A DNA stretch of 64,000 nucleotides from an uncultured bacterium (lineage in GTDB: Bacteria > Verrucomicrobiota > Verrucomicrobiia > Limisphaerales > UBA8199): assembly GCA_963749495.1 (NCBI GenBank), contig CAVVMW010000016.1, positions 1 through 64,000 of the forward strand, read 5' to 3'. Positions 32,222 through 43,275 of this stretch are shown here, in pieces; the first letter of the stretch is position 1, and the number at the start of each line of letters is the position of its first letter. The translations under genes and the position numbers were made by a program. A model generated the notes under the pieces. That model was not told the origin of the DNA. It was given only the letters and a program-made list of their open reading frames with translations, and did no database searches.

Positions 32222-32840
32222 TGCCGTGTCCCTTCGGTGACGATATTGACGATCTCGGTGGCCGCCCGTTCCATGTCCAGAACGATGGAATTGACGCGGC
32301 TGACCAGGTAATTGTAGCCCGCATGGGCCGGGATGGCAACAGCCAGCCCGGCCGCCGCGCAGACCAGGGCCTTCCAGACGCCGTCCGAGAGGTCCCCCAC
32401 GTTGGCGTAGAGGCCGCCCTGCGCATCAGCCAGAAGGTCTGCATGAACCCCAGCACCGTCCCCAGCAGGCCGAGCAACGGGGCCAGTTGGGCAATCGTGG
32501 CCAGCAGGTTCAGCTTCTCCTCCAGGCGCGGCACCTCGGCCAGGCCGGCCTCCTCAAGGGCCTCGCGCACCCGCTCCCGCCCGTGCTCCCGGCTCAGGAT
32601 GGCCGTGCGCACCAGCCGCGCCACCGGCCCGGGCGTCGCCTCGCAGATGGACAGCGCCTCGACCACGTTGTTTCGCTTGAGGACCGTGCGCACCCCGTTG
32701 AGAAACTCGGTCGAGTTGATCTGCGCGCGATGAAAGTGCAAGAACCGCTCGACGAACACGACCACCGCCACGGCGCTGATGAGCAGAATCACCCACAGCA
32801 CCAGCCCGCCGTTGGCTAACATTACCGGCAAACTCGGCAT
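32218..32840 (-). CDS. exbB: MotA/TolQ/ExbB proton channel (frameshift near 32420)
   Basis: LATIAQLAPLLGLLGTVLG; ALVCAAAGLAVAIPA. Confidence 0.85.
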
Positions 32841-33140
32841 GGCCCCTTTATACGGCCCCGCCCAGGAAGTTCAAAGTGCAAAGTGAGGGGGGGCCGATCG
32901 AGGGCGTATCCCGACACCGCCCCCGTCGGCTGCGGCGAGATGGGAGTGCGCCCGTCCTCGGGCGCAGCGACGTCCACAGCCAGGGCAGCGGTCAAATACT
33001 CCGGCGCGCGTGCCCGCTCCGTCGCTGCTGCGCCCGGGGACGGGCGCACTCCAGGCGCCGTCTCCGGGATACGCCGGACCGGGTTGCACCGGTCCGACTT
33101 CTCGCTTGACAGGTTGTCCCGGCGGGCCATGCTCAGCGGC

Positions 33141-34388
33141 ATGAATCAGGATTCGCTTGCTGCGGGCGCTGCTGCAAATTCAAACCGCCCGGATTCATCC
33201 AACACTCTGACCCGGCGCGGGTTTCTGCAAACGATGGGGGTGGGGGCGGCGGCACTGGGGTGTGCCCGGTCCGCCCTCGCGCAGCAAAAGCCGCCGATCC
33301 AGGGGTTCGAGAGGGCGCCCGAGGACCCGGATGCCTCCAAAGGCTGGCAACCGGTCTCGGACCGGAAAGTGCGTGTCGGCATTGTCGGGTATGGGGTTTG
33401 CAAGTTCGGCGCGGAGTTCGGGTTTCAGAACCATCCGAACGTGCAGGTGGTGGCGGTCAGCGATTCGTTCCCCGACCGCTGCTCGGAACTGGCCCGGGTG
33501 TGTCGTTGCGCCAAGACCTATCCCTCGCTGGAGGAACTGGTCAAGGATGACACCATCGAGGCGGTGTTCGTGGCCACCGATGCGCCCAGCCACGCGCGGC
33601 ACTGCATCGAGGTCCTCAAGCATGGCAAGCACGTGGTCTCGGCCGTGCCCGCGGTTTTCGGCTCGGTTGAAGACGCCCATAAGCTCTTCGAGGCGGTCAA
33701 GGCCGGCGGGCGCAAGTACATGATGTTCGAGACCTCGTGTTTTCATGAAGACCTCCACGCCATGCGGCAGATCTACCGGGCCGGCGGGCTGGGCAAGCTG
33801 GTCTACTCGGAAGGGGAGTATTTTCACTACATGGAGCAGCCGATCGCCTCGTACAAAGACTGGCGCGTGGGCCTGCCGCCGCAGTGGTATCCGACGCACT
33901 CGAACGCCTACTACGTGGGGGTGAGCGGCGGCAGCTTCACCGAGGTCAGTTGCCTGGGCATGCCCAGCCGCGTCGAGCATTTGCAGCCGGCCAACAACCG
34001 CTACCGAAACGCCTTCGGAACCGAGATCGCCCTGTTCCGCACCAGCGAGGGCGGCACCTCGCGCATGGGCGTCAGTTGGGACACACCCGGCTACGGCGGC
34101 GAGATGGGGCGCATTCGCGGCCAGAAGGGGTCCTTCTACGGCAAATACGAGGGGCTGGAGTCGCGCCTGCCCAACACCCGCCGCCCGCCCTTGCCGCCCG
34201 GTGTCGCCGCCGGCGGGCACGGCGGCTCACACGGTTACCTGATGAACGAGTTCATCACGGCCATCCTCGAGGACCGCCGGCCTTTGGTGAATATCGCCTG
34301 GGCCTTGAACCTCACCGTCGCCGGCATCCTCGCTCATGAGTCCGCCCTCAAGGAGGGGGAACTGATGAAGATACCGCAGTTTGCTTAG
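33141..34388 (+). CDS. Gfo/Idh/MocA oxidoreductase, Tat-exported
   Basis: TRRGFL Tat motif, VGIVGYG, VATDAPSH, GHGGSH. Confidence 0.88.
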   Translation: MNQDSLAAGAAANSNRPDSSNTLTRRGFLQTMGVGAAALGCARSALAQQKPPIQGFERAPEDPDASKGWQPVSDRKVRVGIVGYGVCKFGAEFGFQNHPNVQVVAVSDSFPDRCSELARVCRCAKTYPSLEELVKDDTIEAVFVATDAPSHARHCIEVLKHGKHVVSAVPAVFGSVEDAHKLFEAVKAGGRKYMMFETSCFHEDLHAMRQIYRAGGLGKLVYSEGEYFHYMEQPIASYKDWRVGLPPQWYPTHSNAYYVGVSGGSFTEVSCLGMPSRVEHLQPANNRYRNAFGTEIALFRTSEGGTSRMGVSWDTPGYGGEMGRIRGQKGSFYGKYEGLESRLPNTRRPPLPPGVAAGGHGGSHGYLMNEFITAILEDRRPLVNIAWALNLTVAGILAHESALKEGELMKIPQFA

Positions 34389-34427
34389 AGGGCACTTTGC
34401 GGTCCGATGGGTCCGACCTCCGCTGGG

Positions 34428-34701
34428 TGGGGTGCGATTAAAAGCGTCGGGCATGCGCGGCGGGAGTCTTGTCCCGGAGGGACATCTGACAATAGCCCGG
34501 CGTTTCAACGCCGGGGAGGCCACAAAAGCGGTCCTCGTCCCGAAGGGACGACCGAGAATAATCGTTGCTCTCAGCCGTCCCTCCGGGACGGACCTGCTCT
34601 TTCGGTTCGCTGACCCGGCGTTGAAACGCCGGGCTATTCTCGGAAGCCCCTTCGGGGCAGGAAGGCGCCGTGGGCTGACCGATGGTTTTAATCGCACCCC
34701 A
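34428..34701. repeat. MITE-like element: 16-bp TIR around REP family D core
   Basis: TGGGGTGCGATTAAAA / TTTTAATCGCACCCCA around GTCCCGGAGGGAC...AATAGCCCGGCGTTTCAACGCCGGG. Confidence 0.75.
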
Positions 34702-34787
34702 ATGGGGCTGAATACTCGACGGTTGCCGCGAGTCGAAACCTTGTGGCATGGCGGCAATCATGCTACCCTGCCGGGAGCAAGAATCGT

Positions 34788-36554
34788 ATGAAGAACCGGA
34801 TCTTGTGGAGCTTGGGCCTGAGTCTGGCAATCGTTTTCCTCCCGTTGGCCAGTGGATGTGCGCGCCAGGCATCCCAACCCCCTATCACCCTCGTTAGCCC
34901 GGAGGCCGCTCCGGAGGTTGCCGTCCAACCGTCCGGGCCTGCCGAGCCGCCACCGGCGGAACCTGCGCCGGCGCCCGCTTCCTCCGCCCCCGCGCAGCCC
35001 GGCTCCGCCGCCAGCGCGGACGACCCGGCGCCACCGGACCTGGCGAACGCCCGGGCGACACCCGTCTCAGACGAAAGCCCGGCGCCGCCCAACGTCCGGA
35101 CCGTCGGGCCCGTCGCCGACCTTATCAAGCTGGCCAGCTCCGGCGTGGACCAGGGAGTGCTGCTGGCATACGCCACCAACTCGGCGAGCCTGTTCAACTT
35201 GAACGCTGAGGAGATCATTTACATGAAGGACCTTGGCATTCCGAGCGCGGTGGTCACGGCGATTCTCCAGCATGACCAGGCGCTGAAAGAGGGCGGGGCC
35301 GGTTCCAATCCCAATCCGCCCCCTGCCCTGGCGGTCCAGCAGTTTGCCCCGCAGGCCGTGGCGCCGCCGCCCGCGCCCGCCGTGGTGTCGGCGCCGCCCC
35401 CTGCGGTGCCCGCCGGCCCGCCGCCCGAGGCGCAACCCCCGCTGGCGCCGGAGCCTGTGGATGCCACTTTCTACGACGCCCTGGCGCCTTACGGGACCTG
35501 GGTCCAGGTGGAGGGCGTGGGCCTGTGCTGGCGGCCCTCGGTGGAGGTGACCGACCCCTCCTGGCAGCCCTATTACGACGAGGGCCACTGGATTTATACC
35601 GACTGCGGCTGGTATTGGGCCTCGGGCTATTCATGGGGCTGGGCGCCGTTCCACTATGGCCGCTGGTTCCGCCACAATCGCTGGGGTTGGTGCTGGGCGC
35701 CTGACACAGTCTGGGGTCCGTCCTGGGTGTGCTGGCGCTACAACGATGGTTACTGCGGTTGGGCGCCCCTGCCGCCCGGGGCCTGGTTCAGGCCCGGCAT
35801 CGGCCTGACCTTCTATGGCCGCGGCGTGAGCCTGGGCTTCAACTTCGGCCTGGGATTCGACTCCTTCGCCTTTGTCCCCTGGGGACACTTTCACGAACAT
35901 CACCTTCGCCCGTGGGGCCTCGGGCGCGATCGCATCGCCCGCATTTATCGCCAGACGACGCCGGTCACGCGTTACCAGGGCGCCGGGCGCTTCCTCTCCA
36001 ACAGCGGGCTCTCCCCAAGCCACGTCGCCTCGGTCACCCACACCCAGGTGCAGCCCGTGGCCATCCGCGAGGTGAAAGGCCCCGTCACGCCGGGCGTGCG
36101 CGCCGATCGCCTCGCCCCCAATGGCAGAACGCTCAACGTCTTCCGCCCGACCCCGCCTGCCACGTCCCGCCTCAGTTCTCCGCACACCGTTGGGCTTGCG
36201 ACGGCGCAACGGCCAAGCGCCGCCACCACGCCGCAATTCGAGAATCCGTCGCCCTGGCTGGCGCCTCGCACGGCGTCTCCGGCGCCGGCCACGGGCCAGG
36301 GACGCCAGATTTACGCGCCATCCCAACAACCCCCGAGGCAGCCCGCGCCCGCGCCACAGTACAACTACAATTCCCGGGCCACTTACCAGGCCCCGGCCGA
36401 AGTGCCCCGCTACAGTTCGCCTCACGCTTATTCGGCGCCGGTCCCCAGAGAGGCACCCGCCGCCCCAGCCCCCGCGCGAAGCGCCGCCCCGCCGCCGCCG
36501 CCGCCCCCGCCGCCGCCCGCAGCGCCGTCCCGCTCGGACAGGGGCGGACGATAA
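34788..36554 (+). CDS. Pro-rich lipoprotein with DUF6600-like Trp-rich domain
   Basis: LASGC lipobox; FYDALAPYGTW, WGWAPFHYGRW, GWAPLPP. Confidence 0.8.
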   Translation: MKNRILWSLGLSLAIVFLPLASGCARQASQPPITLVSPEAAPEVAVQPSGPAEPPPAEPAPAPASSAPAQPGSAASADDPAPPDLANARATPVSDESPAPPNVRTVGPVADLIKLASSGVDQGVLLAYATNSASLFNLNAEEIIYMKDLGIPSAVVTAILQHDQALKEGGAGSNPNPPPALAVQQFAPQAVAPPPAPAVVSAPPPAVPAGPPPEAQPPLAPEPVDATFYDALAPYGTWVQVEGVGLCWRPSVEVTDPSWQPYYDEGHWIYTDCGWYWASGYSWGWAPFHYGRWFRHNRWGWCWAPDTVWGPSWVCWRYNDGYCGWAPLPPGAWFRPGIGLTFYGRGVSLGFNFGLGFDSFAFVPWGHFHEHHLRPWGLGRDRIARIYRQTTPVTRYQGAGRFLSNSGLSPSHVASVTHTQVQPVAIREVKGPVTPGVRADRLAPNGRTLNVFRPTPPATSRLSSPHTVGLATAQRPSAATTPQFENPSPWLAPRTASPAPATGQGRQIYAPSQQPPRQPAPAPQYNYNSRATYQAPAEVPRYSSPHAYSAPVPREAPAAPAPARSAAPPPPPPPPPPAAPSRSDRGGR

Positions 36555-36619
36555 TAATGGGGGCCGGAGCGTCCGGACCGTAGCGCAGGGGCGTCCGGAC
36601 CGGAAACAGAGTCCCCAGC

Positions 36620-36770
36620 GCACCCCTCACCCCGGCCCTCTCCCCTTCCGAAGGGGAGAGGGAGAGTTCCCGGTGGCGCTTTGAGGAAACGCAGGCGCCT
36701 GGCAAGTTCCGAGGCTGCCGACGCTTCTCCCTCTCCCCTTCGGAAGGGGAGAGGGCCGGGGTGAGGGGTT
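36620..36770. repeat. REP pair (family F, CCCTCACCCCGGCCCTCTCCCC..GGGGAGAGGG); also 48444-48590, 54497-54645, partial 16350, 28475, 52675
   Basis: Multiple inverted-pair copies. Confidence 0.9.
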
Positions 36771-36851
36771 TGCCCCTGTGACGTTCTCACCTCCACTGAT
36801 GCCTTACCCCGGCAGGTTTCCCATGCTTGAACCGGGCGGGCGCAGCGGGTA

Positions 36852-38918
36852 GTGTACGGCATTGTGTTCGAGCTGGTTTCACCTTACGCCCCCGCCGGCG
36901 ATCAGCCGCAAGCCATCGCCAAGCTCACCGAAGGGGTGTTGTCGGGCGCCCGACACCAGTCGCTGCTCGGGGTCACCGGTTCGGGCAAGACCTTCACCGT
37001 GGCCAACGTCATCCGGAACGTCAACAAGCCGACGCTGGTCATCTCGCACAACAAGACGCTGGCGGCCCAGCTCTATGCCGAGTTCAAAGGCTTCTTCCCC
37101 AATAACGCCGTCGAGTATTTCGTCAGCTATTTCGACTACTACCAGCCCGAGGCCTATATCCCGCGCACGGACACCTACATCGAGAAGGACTCGAGCATCA
37201 ACGACGAGATTGAGCGGCTGCGGCTCTCGACAATGAGCGCGCTGTTCGCGAGGCGGGACGTCATCGTGGTGGCCAGCGTCTCGTGCATCTACGGCATCGG
37301 CAGCAAGGAGGATTACGAGGCGATGGTGATCCCGATCCGGGCGGGGATGGCCATGGGCCGGGAGCAGTTCCTGCGCCGGCTGGTGGACCTGCAATACAGC
37401 CGCAACAACGTCCAATTGACTCGCGGCCAGTTCCGCGTGCGGGGCGACACGATCGAACTGTGCCCGGCCGGGCGCGAGGACGGGTTGCGGGTCGAGTTTT
37501 TCGGGGAGGAGATCGAGCGGATAGCGCGGTTCGAGCCGTTGACCGGGCGCAAGCTGGAGCCGCTGGAGGCGGTGACGATCTATCCGGGCAAACAGTTCGT
37601 GACGCCCTCCGAGAAGCTGCGTCCGGCCCTGCTGGCCATCCGGCAGGAGCTGGGCGAGCGCATCGCCTGGTTCGAAAAGCAGGGCAAGCTGCTGGAGGCC
37701 CAGCGCATCAAGATGCGCACCGAATACGACCTGGAGATGATGGAAGAGATGGGCTTCTGCTCCGGCATCGAGAACTACTCGCGCCACCTGGCCGGCCTGC
37801 CCGCAGGCTCGCGCCCCTGCACCCTCCTGGACTTCTTTCCCCAGGACTACCTCCTGGCCATCGACGAATCGCACGCCACCGTGCCGCAGCTCGGCGGGAT
37901 GTACGAAGGGGACCGTTCCCGCAAGACCGTGCTGGTGGACTACGGGTTCCGGCTCCCCAGCGCGCTGGACAACCGCCCCCTCAATTTCCAGGAATTCCAA
38001 GGCCTCCAGAGCCAGACCCTCTACATCAGCGCCACCCCCGGGCCGCGCGAACTGGAGTGGTCGCGCGGCCGGGTCGTCGAGCAGATCGTCCGGCCCACCG
38101 GCCTGGTGGACCCCAAGGCCACGGTCAAGCCGCTGGCCGGGCAGATCGACGATCTCATCGATGAGTGCCGGAAACGGGCCGACGCCAAAGAGCGGGTCCT
38201 GGTCACCACGCTGACCAAGCGGAGCGCGGAGGAGTTGACCGATTACCTGCGCGAGATCGGCATCAACGTCCAGTACCTCCACAGCGAGATCGATGCGATC
38301 GAGCGGGTCGAGATCTTGCGCGCGCTGCGCAAGGGCGACTTCAACGTGCTGGTGGGCATCAACCTGCTCCGCGAGGGGCTGGACCTGCCGGAGGTCTCGC
38401 TGGTGGCGATACTCGACGCGGACAAGGAAGGCTACTTGCGCAGCGCCACCAGCCTGATTCAAACGGCGGGGCGCGCCGCCCGGCACCTCCACGGCGAGGT
38501 CATCCTCTATGCCGACGTGATGACCCAGAGCATCCAGAAATTCCTGGCCGTGTCCGAGTACCGCCGGAACAAGCAGTTGGCCTATAACCGCGAGCACGGC
38601 ATCACCCCGCGCAGCGTCAGCCGCGCAGTCGAGCAGAGCCTCTCCTCCTACAAGGCAGCCTCGAAACAAGCCCAAGGCTTCCTGGCCGAGTCGGGGGTGG
38701 ACCTCGACCTGCACCAGACCATTGGCGAGCTGCAGGAGGAGATGATCGGCGCCGCCAACAACCTCGAATTCGAGAAGGCGGCGCTGCTGCGCGACCAGAT
38801 CCGCGAGCTCAGGCGCACCCTGGACGGCGCCCCGCCTGCCAGCCCTGCCCGGACCGGGCCGGTCGCCTACCCCAGGCGCAAGAAACGCGGCGCCCGCAAG
38901 AGCACCGCCCCGTTCTGA
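36852..38918 (+). CDS. uvrB: Excinuclease ABC subunit B
   Basis: [41 protein letters not shown] domain. Confidence 0.97.
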   Translation: MYGIVFELVSPYAPAGDQPQAIAKLTEGVLSGARHQSLLGVTGSGKTFTVANVIRNVNKPTLVISHNKTLAAQLYAEFKGFFPNNAVEYFVSYFDYYQPEAYIPRTDTYIEKDSSINDEIERLRLSTMSALFARRDVIVVASVSCIYGIGSKEDYEAMVIPIRAGMAMGREQFLRRLVDLQYSRNNVQLTRGQFRVRGDTIELCPAGREDGLRVEFFGEEIERIARFEPLTGRKLEPLEAVTIYPGKQFVTPSEKLRPALLAIRQELGERIAWFEKQGKLLEAQRIKMRTEYDLEMMEEMGFCSGIENYSRHLAGLPAGSRPCTLLDFFPQDYLLAIDESHATVPQLGGMYEGDRSRKTVLVDYGFRLPSALDNRPLNFQEFQGLQSQTLYISATPGPRELEWSRGRVVEQIVRPTGLVDPKATVKPLAGQIDDLIDECRKRADAKERVLVTTLTKRSAEELTDYLREIGINVQYLHSEIDAIERVEILRALRKGDFNVLVGINLLREGLDLPEVSLVAILDADKEGYLRSATSLIQTAGRAARHLHGEVILYADVMTQSIQKFLAVSEYRRNKQLAYNREHGITPRSVSRAVEQSLSSYKAASKQAQGFLAESGVDLDLHQTIGELQEEMIGAANNLEFEKAALLRDQIRELRRTLDGAPPASPARTGPVAYPRRKKRGARKSTAPF

Positions 38919-38934
38919 GCCCAGGCAGAATCAT

Positions 38935-39108
38935 GGGACAAGACGCAAAGCAGAATCATGGTTGGCAAAATCATTAAAAAAATTCTTCTTATGATTTTGC
39001 CAAAAATGATTTTGTTTCTTCGGGACAAGACGCAAAGCAGAATCACTCCTGGCAAAATCATTCGGAGAAAATTCTTCTTATGATTCTGCCGAAAATGATT
39101 CTGTTTTC
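38935..39108. repeat. Two tandem ~87-bp AT-rich units, each an internal palindrome
   Basis: GGGACAAGACGCAAAGCAGAATCA...GGCAAAATCAT / ATGATTTTGCC repeated twice between convergent genes. Confidence 0.85.
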
Positions 39109-40330
39109 TACCGGCTGAACAGCTCGGGCAGGCCGCGCCACAGGCCGGGTTGGGTGGGGGTGAAGATGGTTTCGCGGGCCTCCTTCAAATCGAACTGCAG
39201 CCAGATCCCAATGCTGTCGGAGCCGCGTCCGTGGGTGCGGATGGCGTCAATGCCGCGGGCGTAGCCGAGCATGACCTTGACCGAGGAACTGCGGTAGAGG
39301 AGCCCGCCGCCGACGCCGCTGTTCCAGTGGCCGGGTTGCTCGAGGCCGGGCAGGTAGTTGACCAGGGCGGTGGAGGCGGTGCCGCTGAGGTTCCAATGCT
39401 GGTGGCGGTCCAGGGGCAGGAGATAGGTCCCGTTGAGCAGGACGAAGTTCCGGGCGCTGATCTCCTGGAAATAGTAGCCCGGCAGCGAGAGCGGGAATTC
39501 GGAGATGAGCGGCAGCAGCCCGCCCAGGCGGTAGCAACTGAAACGGTCGGCCTCGACGCTGGTTCCGGCTGTCAGGTTGAGGTAGATGCTGTGCTTCAAA
39601 TTTGGCAGGGTGTAGCCCAGGAAGGCCTCGCCCCAGAACAGGTGTGATTGCGGTTCCAACCGCCTGGGCTGGGCGGCATAGCCGTAGTCGCCGCTTTCGC
39701 TGCGGAACCGGCCCTCGTACCAGGCGGAGAGTTCCATGGCCAGCGAGGGAAAGAGGGTCGGTTCACGCCCGCCCCAGCGCAGGCCCGACCGCACGGCGAA
39801 GGCCGTGTGATCCGGGGGCAGCCGGAAATTGGGGTCGGTGTCGTCGTCGCGCTCATAAATGCTGTAATGGGCCACGCCGCGAAGGATGCCGTTGAGGGGA
39901 ATGGTCGAGCCCGGATTGAACAGATGGTAGAGGCTCAAGCCCCCCTCGCCGCTGTGGCCGTCAAAGGATTCCTGGGGGTGGAAAATCCCCTGGCGAATCT
40001 CCTGGTAGGTGTCGGCAAAACCGCCGCCGGCCAGGTCGATGCCCAGGTCCGTGTGCGCGCCCAGGGCGTCCTTGATGCCCAGTTCCGAATCGAGATAGAC
40101 CGGCGCAACGGCCAGGCGCAGGGTCAGGTTGGTGTTCAGGAAACCCGGTTGGTTGCGATAGTAGAAGGCATAGCCCTCGAGGGGCGGATGCCCTTCCAGG
40201 GCCGCGTTGTAGCCCGCTTGGACCAGGTTGCGCCGGACCGGGTCCAATTGGCCGCGGACGGCCGAAGGACTCAGGAAAACCGCCAGGCAAAACAGCAAAC
40301 ACCATCGCCTTGACACAGTCACGCGCACAT
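39108..40330 (-). CDS. Putative outer-membrane beta-barrel protein
   Basis: Signal peptide ending VRG-QLDP, Gly/aromatic-rich beta pattern; start uncertain. Confidence 0.65.
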
Positions 40331-40545
40331 TTGGTAGTCCAACCGGGGGGTGATCGCAAGTAGATAGATGCCCCAGGGTCTGCAAATGACGAATGACGAA
40401 TGACGAATGACGAATGACGAAGGGACGGGGGCGGCGTTCCCGTGGGCAATGCCTGCCGGGTCTGCACTTTCGTCATTCGTCATTCGTCATTCGTCATTTG
40501 TGCTGTTGCCTGGGGCAAATTCCGGGCTATCGTCAACGCATGAGC

Positions 40546-40614
40546 ATGGCCAGGAAACTCCTCCATACCCGGTACCGTCTCAACGACCTGGAGCGGACCG
40601 TGAAATTCAACTGA
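40546..40614 (+). pseudogene. 5' relic of VOC/glyoxalase I-family gene
   Basis: MARKLLHTRYRLNDLERTVKF then stop; preceded by TTGCCT-N16-TATCGT. Confidence 0.6.
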
Positions 40615-40687
40615 TCCAACAGGGGTCCAATCAATGAAATCGGAGATGCGACCCCACATTCTCCATGAGCCGTCGCCAGGTCCGAAG

Positions 40688-40768
40688 GTTTTGGACTGCG
40701 GCAGTCCTCTGCCGCTTTCGCGTCCGCAGGGTCCAAAAAGCGCCAGAGGACTGGCGCACTCCAAAACG
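40688..40768. repeat. REP-like palindrome (family G)
   Basis: GTTTTGGACTGCGGCAGTCCTCTGCCGCTTT / AAAGCGCCAGAGGACTGGCGCACTCCAAAAC. Confidence 0.8.
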
Positions 40769-40833
40769 CTTCGCGCCGGGCAACGCCCTTCCGGTTCATG
40801 GTCACCATTCGCGGCCAACCGCACGCAGCCGAT

Positions 40834-41670
40834 ATGAGACTGGCAGCGGGCCACTACGAGTACCTGTTTCCCCGCCCGGCGCTGGTGATGGGAATTGTGA
40901 ACGTGACGCCGGACTCGTTCTCGGACGGCGGGAGATTCCCGGACACCGCGGCGGCCGTGGCCGGGGCCGTGCAACTGGTCGAGCAGGGGGCGGAGATCCT
41001 CGACATCGGCGGCGAATCCACGCGTCCCGGGGCGGCGCCGGTGAGCGAGGAAGAGGAGTTGCGCCGCGTGATGCCGGTCATCGGGCAATTGGCCGGGCGC
41101 GTCCGGGTGCCGATCTCGATTGACACGATGAAGCCGGGGGTGGCGCGCGCCGCCCTCGGGGCGGGCGCCAGCATCGTCAACGACGTGGCCGCCAACCGCC
41201 GGGAGGAGACGATGTGGCGCCTGGTGGCCCAGAGCGGCGCCGGTTACGTCTGCCTGCACATGCAGGGGACGCCGCAGACCATGCAGCTCAACCCGGTGTA
41301 TGGAGACGTCGTCCGCGAGGTGCGCGAGTTTTTTTGGGAGCGCCTCCGGCGATTGCACGATTGCGGAGTGAAGCCGGAGCAGATTATACTGGATCCCGGG
41401 ATCGGCTTCGGCAAGACGCTCGAGCACAATCTGCAGTTGCTCGGGGCGCTGCGGGGCCTGAGCGAGATGGGGCGGCCTGTGCTGGTCGGGGTCTCGCGCA
41501 AATCGTTTCTGGGGCGTCTGCCGGGAGCGGGGCCGGCGGGGCGGCTGCCGGCGGGCCTGGCGTGTGCGGTCCTTGCGGTCGAGGCGGGCGCGCGCATCAT
41601 CCGGGCGCACGACGCGTTGGAGACGGTGCAGGCCATCCGCGCGGCTGAGGCGATCCTCGTGAGACGATGA
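40834..41670 (+). CDS. folP: Dihydropteroate synthase
   Basis: MGIVNVTPDSFSDGG, DIGGESTRPG, LDPGIGFGK, SRKS, RAHD. Confidence 0.96.
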   Translation: MRLAAGHYEYLFPRPALVMGIVNVTPDSFSDGGRFPDTAAAVAGAVQLVEQGAEILDIGGESTRPGAAPVSEEEELRRVMPVIGQLAGRVRVPISIDTMKPGVARAALGAGASIVNDVAANRREETMWRLVAQSGAGYVCLHMQGTPQTMQLNPVYGDVVREVREFFWERLRRLHDCGVKPEQIILDPGIGFGKTLEHNLQLLGALRGLSEMGRPVLVGVSRKSFLGRLPGAGPAGRLPAGLACAVLAVEAGARIIRAHDALETVQAIRAAEAILVRR

Positions 41671-41709
41671 CGATGACGATGACGACAAGCGCAGAGTAAG
41701 ACAAGAGCG

Positions 41710-42633
41710 ATGGTTGTGCACGACCCTTGGCAAATCTTGAGCGACCTTTGGACGATCATCGGCGGGTGGCGGCCGGTGGTGGAAATCCTGATCCTGACGG
41801 CCGGCATTTACGGCGCCCTGCGGTTTGTCCGGGGGACTCGCGGGGCGCCCGTGGTGATGGGTTTCCTGGTGGTCCTGCTGGCGCTGGTGCTCACAAGCTT
41901 CCTGCTCGGGTTGACGGTCCTGCAGGACATCCTGGGTGCATTCTACGCCTTTTTCATGCTGGGCGTGCTGATCATCTTTCAACCGGAACTGCGGCGCATG
42001 CTGGCGGAGTTGGGCAATTTGCCGCTTCTGGCCACCGTCCGCGAGCAGCGCGAGAACATCGAGGTCATCATCCAGACGGTCGAGCGTCTGGCTGACGTGC
42101 GCATCGGCGCCCTCATCGCCGTCGAACGGTCCATCCACCTCCAGGAGGCGGTCGAGTCGGGCATCATCGTCGATTGCGTGGCCACGCCCGAGATGCTCGA
42201 GACGATTTTCTTTCCCAACAACGCCATCCACGACGGCGGCGTGATCATCCGGGGCGACCGGATAGCCTTTGCGGCATGCATCTTTCCCCTCACGCAACGG
42301 CGGGATTTGAACCCCTCGTTGGGCACACGCCATCGGGCGGCCATCGGGCTGAGCGAAGAGACCGACGCCGCCGTGGTGGCGGTCTCGGAAGAGACCGGGG
42401 GCATTTCCTATGCCTGCAAGGGGCAGTTGGTTCGCAACGTCACACTCGAGGAATTGCGCGCCTTCCTGACCTCGGTGTTCGTGACTCCCGCCCGCCCGCG
42501 CCGGTGGGTCGATTGGCTCCGGTCCTGGAACACGCAGAAGGTCAAACCTGCGCCCGTCCATCCCGCGCCTGCACCCGCGCCCTCTCGCCCCCCCACCGAG
42601 GCGGCCACAACCCCCTCCAGCCTGGGCAAATGA
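41710..42633 (+). CDS. cdaA: Diadenylate cyclase
   Basis: 3 TM helices, IFQPELRR, HDGG, GTRHRAA, VSEETG. Confidence 0.93.
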   Translation: MVVHDPWQILSDLWTIIGGWRPVVEILILTAGIYGALRFVRGTRGAPVVMGFLVVLLALVLTSFLLGLTVLQDILGAFYAFFMLGVLIIFQPELRRMLAELGNLPLLATVREQRENIEVIIQTVERLADVRIGALIAVERSIHLQEAVESGIIVDCVATPEMLETIFFPNNAIHDGGVIIRGDRIAFAACIFPLTQRRDLNPSLGTRHRAAIGLSEETDAAVVAVSEETGGISYACKGQLVRNVTLEELRAFLTSVFVTPARPRRWVDWLRSWNTQKVKPAPVHPAPAPAPSRPPTEAATTPSSLGK

Positions 42634-43058
42634 TCCAATTCCTGCGAAATCTCTTCACCAAGGACTTGGGGCTCAAGCTCTTCTCCCTGGCACTGGCCAT
42701 TCTGATCTATTGCACGATTTACTCCATCGCCTTCCCAAAAGAGGGCCCCTCGCTGCCCTCACTGGCCATGGCCAGTGACGTACACACCTTCTACAACGTC
42801 CCGGTCCTGGTCGTCTCCTCGGCCGCCGACGTGCGCCACTTCAAGGTCTCCCCCGACAAGGTCGCCGTGACTGTCCAGGGCGACCCCAAGGTCCTGGCCC
42901 GCCTGGAGAGCAACGAAGTCCGCGCCCTCGTCGACCTCACCGGCATCGAGTCCGCCAGCCATCTGAGCAAGAGCATCGATATCTCCGTCCCCGCAGGCAT
43001 CACTCGCGTCCGCGTCGTGCCCAGCGAAGTCCAAGTGATGTTCCCGGCCGACCGCTGA
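42630..43058 (+). CDS. cdaR: CdaR/YbbR-like regulator
   Basis: LKLFSLALA TM, P..V.VTV.G, ALVDL; ATGA-coupled to cdaA. Confidence 0.8.
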   Translation: MIQFLRNLFTKDLGLKLFSLALAILIYCTIYSIAFPKEGPSLPSLAMASDVHTFYNVPVLVVSSAADVRHFKVSPDKVAVTVQGDPKVLARLESNEVRALVDLTGIESASHLSKSIDISVPAGITRVRVVPSEVQVMFPADR

Positions 43059-43138
43059 GCGGGCGCCGCCAGGGTGTATCCCGACCCCCGCCGCCGGAGT
43101 GCGCCCAAAGCAGTCCCTAAAGCCTCGCCTAGACCATT

Positions 43139-43206
43139 TTTTAAACCACGGAATACACGGAAGGGGGGCCTTTTTCCGTGTGTTCCGTGTATTCCGTGGT
43201 TAAAAA
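43139..43206. repeat. Inverted 9-mer repeat hairpin (CACGGAATA-type), possible terminator
   Basis: TTTTAAACCACGGAATACACGGAA / TTCCGTGTATTCCGTGGTTAAAAA. Confidence 0.75.
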
Positions 43207-43275
43207 AGCTTACCTCATTGACAAGCGGCGTGCAGGCGGGTGAGAATTCGGCATTATGCCCCTGGCGTTGCCCGG

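Noticed and set aside
38935..39108. Possible CRISPR mini-array
   Set aside because: Only two units, the would-be spacers are near-identical, and no cas genes are present
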